Positions 8,305-16,235 of a stretch of DNA of 64,000 nucleotides are shown in pieces; positions within the stretch are counted from its first letter, which is position 1; each line of letters opens with the position of its first letter. Under the pieces are notes generated by a model, which was not told the DNA's origin, searched no databases, and saw only the letters and a program-made list of their open reading frames with translations. Origin of the DNA: Calditrichales bacterium (GTDB taxonomy: Bacteria > Calditrichota > Calditrichia > Calditrichales > J004); the NCBI GenBank assembly GCA_965267575.1, contig OZ254086.1, positions 2,848,001 through 2,912,000 of the forward strand, given 5' to 3'. Position numbers and translations under genes: made by a program.

Positions 8305-10539
8305 ATGAAAATTTTTAGCACTTTATTAGTCCTTGCTATCAGCCTTCCTCTTTTCGCGCACGATGTTATTATCAAAGGACATGTGTACGACCAGGCCACC
8401 AAAAAAGCTATCGAATCTGTAAATATATATGTTAAAGACCGTCCTGTTGGCACGACCTCGAAAGATGATGGCAGCTTTGAGTTGAAAGTCTCCAATGCCA
8501 ACAATAAGCTGGTGATTGTATTTGACCACATCAGTTTTGACACGTTGCAGGTGTCGCTTGGCAGCGCGCTTAAACGGAATGAATATTATCTTATTTCGAG
8601 AACAATGGAAGGCGACCAGATCACCGTTGAGGCTGAGAAAGAATCACCGTTCAGCAAGGACCTGACGCAGACGATTACGATGATCGGTTCTAAGGAGTTT
8701 GAGGGGCGCGGCTACGTGGATGTGGGCGATTTACTGCGTACGGACCAGAGCGTGCAGATCGAAGAAGAACTGAGCGGCAAAAAGACCATGTCGCTGCGCG
8801 GGGGCAATCCGGAAGACGTGATTGTTTTTTACAACGGCATCAAGATGAACAGCAATTACGACAACGTTTTTGACCTGTCGCTGCTCAACCTGGAAGACAT
8901 ACAGCGCATTGAGATCATCAAGGGCAGTAATACCGCGTTGTACGGTTCAGAAGCTTTTTCGGGTGTTGTTAATATTGTACCCAAAACCCGCCAGGACTAT
9001 ACCGCACGGTTTGTCCAGAAATTCGGCTCTTACGACAGCGGCGACTGGAATCTGCAGGTCAATCATTCCTTTAAAGACCGATTGTATCTCTCCTACAATC
9101 ACAAACAGGCCGGCAGCCGCAGGCCTTATGCCAGCGGAGAAGATGTTCTGCAAAATGAAACCATGCACAATTCGGCCACACTCTACTACGATATGAGTGA
9201 CAGCAAGCGCGACGCGGAGCACGGCATCAGCGTCATCTTTATGCGCGCGGATTTGCAATATGACAACAGCAGCCTGCTGGAAAAAATTGACGATCTAAAC
9301 CAGATGGTATCGTTGCGCTACGCCGGGCCGATCGGGCCTGTTGCCGGCTGGGAAATTTCTGCTGCCCACCAGCTGCTGGAAAACCGCCAGGATATCGCCC
9401 TGAAAGATGGTGAATTCAAGCGCGAAACGGACAACACCAACCTGATGTTCAACCTGCAGAAAACGTTTGTTTTTGATGACCTCAACATCATAGCCTCCTA
9501 TCAGCGCGAAGACGGTGACATCGACTATATTGACCGCCGTGATTATCTGGATTTCCGGCCGGAAGGTTTGCAGAGCGCTGTTCTTACCCGCACCCGCAAC
9601 AGCTTTGTTGCACTGTTCAACTACGACGCTTCACTGGGTGGTGACCTGCTGGAAAAAGCCGATGTGGATGTGAGTTATCGCTACGACCGTGTAAAGGATG
9701 GCAGGGAAGATGCGTTGACGGTGACGCCGTTCGGGGACACGCTTTATACATCCGGGACAAGCGGCGAGAACAGCTGGGAAGAGAGCATGCTCAAGTTTTC
9801 CTTTAATGTGGGTGCGCAAAAGGGCAGGTTTAAATACAATATTTTTCTCAATACCGGTACCAACGTGCGTTTCCCAACGCTTTTTAACCAGATCAGTCAG
9901 CCCGGCGTGGTTGGCACTATAGACGGTGTTACATCCAATCTCGCGCCGGAGCGTAACCGCAGTTCCGAACTGGGTTTTCAGCTTACGCGCATAATGCCCG
10001 CGGTATCCTTTTTTGAAGAATGGCGCTTTCATTTTAATTACTTCCAGAATACTTACGACAATAAATTCAGGAGCTATTACGTCCCTTATACGCCCACGGC
10101 GCTGTTCGATAATGTGCAAACTGCGAACATATCCGGACTGGAAGGCAAGAGCGGCTGGTCGGCGCTGGAGGACAGGTTGTTTATAGAGTTCGCCGCATCC
10201 TATTATGATATTTCCGAGAAAGCGGCGTTTCCGCTGAAAAGTGATACTAAATTTACTGCCCAGCTGGCTTATGAAGTGAATGAATACCTGTTCAAGCTAT
10301 ACTGGTTTAAATACAGTGAGCAAACAGGCTGGTTCCGCGACACACAGAATCGCTTTTTTGAAGTTGACCTGCCGGGCTACGATAACATAGATGTCCATTT
10401 CAGTAAAATTTTCCGTATAGCGGACTGGTATCTGCGCTTTAATGCCAGCGCCCAGAATATACTTTCGGACGATACTGTTTTAAATGGTATTGCCATCAGA
10501 GACCGGCGCTATTACGTCGGTTTTGAAGTACGATATTAA
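8305..10539 (+). CDS. TonB-dependent receptor (CarboxypepD_reg-like N-domain, plug, beta-barrel)
   Basis: Signal peptide; plug motif IQRIEIIKGSNTALYGSEAFSGVVNI; C-terminal NIL...RRYYVGFEVRY. Confidence 0.9.
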   Translation: MKIFSTLLVLAISLPLFAHDVIIKGHVYDQATKKAIESVNIYVKDRPVGTTSKDDGSFELKVSNANNKLVIVFDHISFDTLQVSLGSALKRNEYYLISRTMEGDQITVEAEKESPFSKDLTQTITMIGSKEFEGRGYVDVGDLLRTDQSVQIEEELSGKKTMSLRGGNPEDVIVFYNGIKMNSNYDNVFDLSLLNLEDIQRIEIIKGSNTALYGSEAFSGVVNIVPKTRQDYTARFVQKFGSYDSGDWNLQVNHSFKDRLYLSYNHKQAGSRRPYASGEDVLQNETMHNSATLYYDMSDSKRDAEHGISVIFMRADLQYDNSSLLEKIDDLNQMVSLRYAGPIGPVAGWEISAAHQLLENRQDIALKDGEFKRETDNTNLMFNLQKTFVFDDLNIIASYQREDGDIDYIDRRDYLDFRPEGLQSAVLTRTRNSFVALFNYDASLGGDLLEKADVDVSYRYDRVKDGREDALTVTPFGDTLYTSGTSGENSWEESMLKFSFNVGAQKGRFKYNIFLNTGTNVRFPTLFNQISQPGVVGTIDGVTSNLAPERNRSSELGFQLTRIMPAVSFFEEWRFHFNYFQNTYDNKFRSYYVPYTPTALFDNVQTANISGLEGKSGWSALEDRLFIEFAASYYDISEKAAFPLKSDTKFTAQLAYEVNEYLFKLYWFKYSEQTGWFRDTQNRFFEVDLPGYDNIDVHFSKIFRIADWYLRFNASAQNILSDDTVLNGIAIRDRRYYVGFEVRY

Positions 10540-10552
10540 ACGAGATATAAAA

Positions 10553-11404
10553 ATGCACCGTAATCGATTTATCGCCTTTGTCGTTTTCATCTCATTTTGC
10601 CTTTATGTAACGGGGTGCACGGAAAACCCTTTTTTCGATGACAAGGTAAATGTTGAGAGCAATCTTTCGTTTAGCGGACGTGTAAACATCCCGGCGGAAG
10701 AAAACAGCGGCGGTGTTTTTGTTTGGATGGAGGGATTGGATTTACATACGATTACGGAGCCCGACGGCAGTTTTGTGATTACGCTGCCCAATGAACCCCA
10801 GTTACAATCCGGCGGCGGTTTAACCGGGTTCTACAAGGTCTATTACTATGTGCAGAATTACCGCATTGCCTCATCGGATGTATTTCTTTTTAAGGGCCAG
10901 TTTGAATATGGGATCGGCGATCTTACCAAAGACGGGCGGTTGATACGGGACGTTTCAATGAAAAAGCTGCTGGAGATTAAAACAACAACCGAGCCGTCAA
11001 TAGTTGATTCTGTTTTTTCCGGCTCCTTCGATGTGGTTGTCAATCTGGAGAATAAAGTGGACTCGGTGATCGTGGAAACATATAAAACCCCCAAAGGTGA
11101 CCTTGGTCAGGCCTTTTTGCGCAATACGGATCCGGCCATAGACACCTCTTTTATATTGCGGCAGTCTTCCGGCCGTGTGCAGGAAGTGATCGACAGCGCC
11201 ACGGTTTGGAGCATGACTTTTTATTGGGAAAAAGGCTGGCTGGAAGAGGGGCGCTATGAGATTATACCCTTTATTGAAGTAAAACAGGAAGGGATTCCTC
11301 AAGGCCTTCTGTCCCGTTTCCGTGACGCGTTCCGTCTCTCCAATCTGGAGTTTTTCGAAATTCCCAGCAAGCAGCGTAGTGCTATACTCACAGTGCGTAA
11401 TTAA
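10553..11404 (+). CDS. Lipoprotein of unknown function (paralog of 13723-14598)
   Basis: Lipobox VTGC; CTENPFF, QLQSGGGLTGFYK and SDVFL shared with the paralog. Confidence 0.8.
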   Translation: MHRNRFIAFVVFISFCLYVTGCTENPFFDDKVNVESNLSFSGRVNIPAEENSGGVFVWMEGLDLHTITEPDGSFVITLPNEPQLQSGGGLTGFYKVYYYVQNYRIASSDVFLFKGQFEYGIGDLTKDGRLIRDVSMKKLLEIKTTTEPSIVDSVFSGSFDVVVNLENKVDSVIVETYKTPKGDLGQAFLRNTDPAIDTSFILRQSSGRVQEVIDSATVWSMTFYWEKGWLEEGRYEIIPFIEVKQEGIPQGLLSRFRDAFRLSNLEFFEIPSKQRSAILTVRN

Positions 11405-11520
11405 AGCCTTTAATGACCCTCCTCTAAATTTGTATATCCTGAAAAAAGACCTTAAATTGCCAAACTGTATTTAACAGCCTTAGGGCATACTATAATTAAC
11501 GGAAGGAGTAATCTTAACCA

Positions 11521-13530
11521 ATGTCTGATGTAAACAAAGAAGCGGTTGAAGAGAAAGAAACCGCCAAACCCCAAACCGGTGAGGCTTCCGAAGAAAAGCC
11601 TGATAAAGAGAAAAAAGCAACTCCGGCCGCGCAGGAAGATGAAGAGATCGTGGTAAAGCTGGAGGATTTTGAAGAAGAAGATGAATATCCCGCCGAGGAG
11701 ATGGAATTCCTGTCCAAGATGTATGACCGGACAATGAATACTATCACTGAAGGTGAAATCGTTAATGGACGTATTCTGGATATTACCGAAAAAGACGTGT
11801 TGGTGGATATCGGTTTTAAATCCGAAGGCATCGTACCAAAAGAAGAATTCAATAATCTTGATGAGCTGCAGATTGGCGACGAAGTTGAGGTCTACCTGGA
11901 AAATCTGGAAGACCATAGTGGCCAGTTGCGTCTTTCCCGCCGCCGCGCCGACTTTATGCGCGTATGGGAACGTGTGGTTCAAAAATATGAAAATGATGAA
12001 GTTGTCCAGGGTACCATCAACCGTCGTATTAAAGGCGGCATGGTTGTTAACATCATGGGTATCGACGCGTTTCTGCCGGGTTCACAGATTGATGTACGGC
12101 CGATTCGTGATTTCGACTCTTTTCTGGGTGTTACCAAGGATTTCAAAATCGTAAAAGTAAATCACGCCCGCAAAAATATCGTTGTGTCCTCGCGCGTGCT
12201 CATCGAAAAAGAGATGGAAAGCCAGCGCAAAGAGATCCTTTCCAACCTGGAAAAAGGCAAAGTGCTTAAGGGTATCGTCAAGAATATTACCGACTTCGGC
12301 GTATTTATCGACCTGGGCGGTGTGGACGGCCTGCTGCACATTACCGATCTTAGCTGGGGCCGCGTCAACCATCCTTCCGAACTGGTCAAGCTGGACCAGG
12401 AACTGGAAGTGGTTGTTCTGGACTTCAACGAGAAGAAAGACCGTATTTCGCTTGGCCTGAAGCAACTTCAGCCGCACCCGTGGGAAAATGTGGAAAGCAA
12501 ATACCCGGTTGGCTCCAAGATCGTTGGCAAGGTTGTCAGCATCACGGATTATGGCGCGTTTATCGAGCTGGAAAAAGGCATCGAGGGTCTTATTCACATC
12601 TCCGAGATGTCCTGGTCGCAGCATATCAAACATCCCAGCCAGTTGTTAACGGTTGGCCAGGATGTTGAAGCTGTGGTTCTGAACATCGAAGCGGAGGAAA
12701 AGAAAATCTCCCTTGGTCTCAAGCAGCTTGAGCCTGATCCATGGGATGTTGTGGAAGATCGTTACCCGGTTGGTTCCGTTCATAAAGGCACGGTGCGCAA
12801 TCTCACTCAGTTCGGCGCTTTCGTTGAGTTGGAGGAAGGCGTAGACGGGTTGGTTCATATTTCGGATCTTTCATGGACAAAGAAAGTGCGTCACCCCAGC
12901 GAAATCGTCAAGAAAGGCGAAGAAATCGAAGTAGTCGTATTGGGCATCAATCGTGAAGAACGCCGCATAGCGTTGGGTCACAAGCAGATTGACGAAAATC
13001 CCTGGGACGCTTTTGAAGAAAACTACAATGTTGGCACCGACACCGAAGCCAAGGTGCTGCGCATTCTTGACAAAGGTGTTGTAGCTACGCTGGATCTCGG
13101 TGTCGAGGGTTTTGTGCCCAATCAGCATCTTGGATTGCCAAAAGGAAAGAAAGTTGCTGATTCCTACAAGGAAGGTGATAAGCTGCCGGTTAAGGTGATC
13201 GAATTCGATAAAGAGAATAAAAAGATCGTTCTCTCGGTAAGCGAATACTTCAAGGATAAGGAACAGGCGGACTGGGAAAACTACCTGCAGTCGCATGGTG
13301 TAGAGCCTACAACAATGGAAGAAGTGGCACGCACCAAAGATAGTCAGGAAGAAAAGGCAGCTGACGAGAAGGAAGAAAAAGCCGCCGAAAAAGCGGAAGA
13401 ACCCGCTGAAGCTCCCAAAGCCAAGAAAGAAACAGCCAGGGGCGAAAAGAAAGCGGATGAAGAGAAGGCCGAATCTTCCGATGAGGCTGAAAAGGCTGAG
13501 GATTCTGACGAATCCGAAGAGAAAAAGTAA
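11521..13530 (+). CDS. rpsA: 30S ribosomal protein S1 with acidic N- and C-terminal extensions
   Basis: Six S1 repeats (DIGFKSEG, AFLPGSQID, DGLLHITDLSW, EGLIHISEMSW, DGLVHISDLSW, VEGFVP). Confidence 0.97.
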   Translation: MSDVNKEAVEEKETAKPQTGEASEEKPDKEKKATPAAQEDEEIVVKLEDFEEEDEYPAEEMEFLSKMYDRTMNTITEGEIVNGRILDITEKDVLVDIGFKSEGIVPKEEFNNLDELQIGDEVEVYLENLEDHSGQLRLSRRRADFMRVWERVVQKYENDEVVQGTINRRIKGGMVVNIMGIDAFLPGSQIDVRPIRDFDSFLGVTKDFKIVKVNHARKNIVVSSRVLIEKEMESQRKEILSNLEKGKVLKGIVKNITDFGVFIDLGGVDGLLHITDLSWGRVNHPSELVKLDQELEVVVLDFNEKKDRISLGLKQLQPHPWENVESKYPVGSKIVGKVVSITDYGAFIELEKGIEGLIHISEMSWSQHIKHPSQLLTVGQDVEAVVLNIEAEEKKISLGLKQLEPDPWDVVEDRYPVGSVHKGTVRNLTQFGAFVELEEGVDGLVHISDLSWTKKVRHPSEIVKKGEEIEVVVLGINREERRIALGHKQIDENPWDAFEENYNVGTDTEAKVLRILDKGVVATLDLGVEGFVPNQHLGLPKGKKVADSYKEGDKLPVKVIEFDKENKKIVLSVSEYFKDKEQADWENYLQSHGVEPTTMEEVARTKDSQEEKAADEKEEKAAEKAEEPAEAPKAKKETARGEKKADEEKAESSDEAEKAEDSDESEEKK

Positions 13531-13553
13531 AGCAGTAACGCTGCATTGACACC

Positions 13554-13587
13554 AGGCCGTCCGTACAAAAGCGGGCGGCCTTTTTTT
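13554..13587 (+). terminator. Intrinsic terminator after rpsA
   Basis: aggccgtccg-loop-cgggcggcct followed by a T run. Confidence 0.85.
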
Positions 13588-13722
13588 ATTTTGCAGCTAT
13601 ATGAATATGGCAGGGGAGATTCTTAAATCAATAATTGAATTCCAATAATAAACACTCTATACTTTGGAATGCTTTTGGCCCGCCCTTATATCCGGGAACA
13701 GAATTATGGAGATTGTTCTGAT

Positions 13723-14598
13723 ATGTTAAAACCCAAAGTAAAGACCGGAGTTACTGGCAGTGCGTGGGCTACACAGCTGGCAGCGGCGTTTTTGGTATTG
13801 TCATTTCTTGGCGGCTGTTCCGAAAACCCCTTTTTCGGAGAAGATATTAATTCCACGGGGAAGTTGACCATCAGCGGGAAAATAAATATCCACGATGCGC
13901 AGACCGATGACGGGGTTTTTATCTGGCTGGAAGGATTGGGTTCACATACCACAAGCAATCCCGATGGCAGTTTTGAACTTAAAATTGCCGAAGCCCAGCT
14001 GCAATCCGGTGGCGGGTTAACCGGCTTTTACAAGATCTATTATTATCTCAGCAACTACCGCATCAGAACATCGGATGTATTTCTTTACAGGGGACAGGTT
14101 GAGTATGGGTACGGTGATATTGATGCCAATGGGAAAGTCTTGAATACTGTGCAGCTTTCCCGATTGTTGAGTATTGAAACACGCATTGATCCGGCCGCTT
14201 TCGAAATTGACTTTACAGGCCAGTTTAAAGTGTATGTGAACCTGCGCTGCGAGGTTGATTCCGTGCTGGTTGAAACCTATAAAACGACAACTAATGAACT
14301 GGGTTATGTATTAGCCCGGGATGCAAATGTGGCTGATCCGCAAAGTTACGTGATATCGCAGAACAGCTTTTTTGTACGTGAGGTTATTTACAGCGCTACA
14401 ACCTGGTATATGGAAGTTCCCTGGCAAAACGGGGCATTGCCAGCGGGCGAATATGATATTATACCTTTTGTGGCGGCAAGGCAGCCCGGTCTTCCCGAAG
14501 GGCTGGTTGCTCATTTTGAAAGCATTCTTAACCCGCCCACAAAAAAATATGCCGACTTCCCCGTTAAGCTAAGGCCCGCCAGATTACACATTTATTAA
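13723..14598 (+). CDS. Lipoprotein of unknown function (paralog of 10553-11404)
   Basis: Lipobox LGGC followed by SENPFF; colinear similarity to the upstream paralog; start uncertain. Confidence 0.8.
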   Translation: MLKPKVKTGVTGSAWATQLAAAFLVLSFLGGCSENPFFGEDINSTGKLTISGKINIHDAQTDDGVFIWLEGLGSHTTSNPDGSFELKIAEAQLQSGGGLTGFYKIYYYLSNYRIRTSDVFLYRGQVEYGYGDIDANGKVLNTVQLSRLLSIETRIDPAAFEIDFTGQFKVYVNLRCEVDSVLVETYKTTTNELGYVLARDANVADPQSYVISQNSFFVREVIYSATTWYMEVPWQNGALPAGEYDIIPFVAARQPGLPEGLVAHFESILNPPTKKYADFPVKLRPARLHIY

Positions 14599-14704
14599 TT
14601 AAGCCTTTAAAAAAACAGTCCGTTTTACTAAAAGTGGCCTGGAGCAAATCTTTAATGAGCAATAAATGCTTAATATGATACAGTAAGAATAACAAAACGG
14701 GCTT

Positions 14705-15715
14705 ATGGTTCGCTTTTTTAATCGCATTTTCAACAACATCGGTATAGACCTGGGCACCGCAAATACGATCGTTTATGTGGCAAATCGCGGTTTTATTGTC
14801 AATGAGCCTTCCGTCATAGCCTATAAGTCTGAAAAGGAGATCATCGCTGTTGGCCGGGAAGCCAAGGAGATGCTGGGCAAAACCCACAAGGAGATTACGG
14901 TGATCCGTCCGCTGGCCGATGGCGTTATTGCCGATTTTGTGGCCGGTGAAGCACTGGTTAAATCATTTATTCGTCTGGCAGGTATACCTCCATTTTTTAT
15001 TAATAATGTGATTATCGGAGTGCCAACGGGTGTTACGTCGGTGGAAAAGCGTGCGGTTATGGAAAGCGCGGAATCGGCAGGGGGCAGGAAGGTATTTCTT
15101 GTAACCGAACCCATGGCGGCGGCCATTGGTGTAGGTGTAAATGTCTTAGGCTCCAGTGCCTGCATGATCATCGATATAGGCGGCGGCACAACCGATATTG
15201 CTGTAATCAATTATGGCGGAATCGTTGTGGATAATACAATTCGCATCGCCGGTGACGAAATGAACGACGCTATTATGCGCTATATGCGCCAAACCCACCA
15301 CCTTAAGATTGGCGAATCAACCGCTGAGCGTATTAAAATTGAATATGGGTCTCTCCTTAAAGACCGGGAGAAGAAGTTTACACTCAGCGGGCTGGACAGC
15401 CGCACGGGTCTTCCGGCCCAGCTTGAATTGAGCAGTGCGCTGTTTCGTGACGCTCTTAAAGATATACTTGGTGCCATTGCCGATTCTGTTTTGCAATGTC
15501 TTGATAAGCTACCCCCCGAACTGGCCACGGATATTATCGATCGTGGTATTATACTTACCGGTGGCGGATCACTGCTTGAAGGTATGGACAGCTACATCCG
15601 GGACCTTGTGAACCTGCCGGTTAGCCGGCCCGGTAATCCCTTGCTATGCGTTGCTGAAGGCACACGCAAGATCCTGGAGAATTTTGAGCTTTTCAGGCCG
15701 GTGTTGACACGCTAA
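14705..15715 (+). CDS. mreB: MreB/Mbl family actin-like protein
   Basis: IGIDLGTANT, NEPSVIA, IRPLADGVIADF, EPMAAAIG, DIGGGTT, LTGGGSLL. Confidence 0.93.
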   Translation: MVRFFNRIFNNIGIDLGTANTIVYVANRGFIVNEPSVIAYKSEKEIIAVGREAKEMLGKTHKEITVIRPLADGVIADFVAGEALVKSFIRLAGIPPFFINNVIIGVPTGVTSVEKRAVMESAESAGGRKVFLVTEPMAAAIGVGVNVLGSSACMIIDIGGGTTDIAVINYGGIVVDNTIRIAGDEMNDAIMRYMRQTHHLKIGESTAERIKIEYGSLLKDREKKFTLSGLDSRTGLPAQLELSSALFRDALKDILGAIADSVLQCLDKLPPELATDIIDRGIILTGGGSLLEGMDSYIRDLVNLPVSRPGNPLLCVAEGTRKILENFELFRPVLTR

Positions 15716-15758
15716 GCGGTTGCGACATTGACCTAATCGTCTTAAATTTATTTTTCCT

Positions 15759-15841
15759 GCGAGGATGGCGGAATTGGTAGACGCGCCAGACTTAGGATCT
15801 GGTGCCCTTGTGGCGTGGGAGTTCGAGTCTCCCTCCTCGTA
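15759..15841 (+). tRNA. tRNA-Leu(TAG)
   Basis: Acceptor GCGAGGA/TCCTCGT, anticodon arm CCAGA-CTTAGGA-TCTGG, long variable arm, GTTCGAG T-loop. Confidence 0.95.
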
Positions 15842-15864
15842 CGACCTTTTTCGGGTTAAGCTGC

Positions 15865-15899
15865 AGGCGCGGAGCTGTTGGGGGTTCCGCGCCTTTTTT
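15865..15899 (+). terminator. Intrinsic terminator after tRNA-Leu
   Basis: aggcgcggagct...ggttccgcgcct plus T run. Confidence 0.8.
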
Positions 15900-16068
15900 A
15901 TATATGGGGGGTGTCGCGTAATTGGCCTATGGCTTTGGCGATACGGGCAATCGAATGGATGAACAATTTTTATTGTGATCTTGTGAGTCTTGCTTTGAAT
16001 TGCTGCGTTTTTCCAAATATGATGCTTTCTGATCAACAGACGATTATTTCTTTAATTATAATTTGCGC

Positions 16069-16151
16069 TTACCGACTCTTAATAATGTCATATCTCCTTC
16101 ATACCGGAAACCGGGTCTGATCATGGACGGATCGACCCGGTTTCTTTTTTT
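16069..16151 (+). ncRNA. Candidate small RNA with anti-SD motif and intrinsic terminator
   Basis: TATAAT at 16057-16062; CATATCTCCTTC at 16089-16100; hairpin gaaaccgggtc/gacccggtttc (16107-16144) plus T7; no credible upstream CDS needing this terminator. Confidence 0.4.
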
Positions 16152-16235
16152 GTTTTTGCTTTATATGCTTTTGCTTAATTTATAAAACCCTGAACGTGTT
16201 TTTGCGTAACAGGCCGAAAGCATACTCATAAGCTC

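Noticed and set aside
15644..16120. Short ORFs overlapping tRNA-Leu (similarly 26777-27148 and 27623-27972)
   Set aside because: Shadow ORFs over tRNA genes
15759..16235. Integrative element at tRNA-Leu (also checked at tRNA-Arg and tRNA-Ser)
   Set aside because: No integrase and no separate duplicated tRNA 3' end (att site) seen; the two Ser genes are both complete tRNAs
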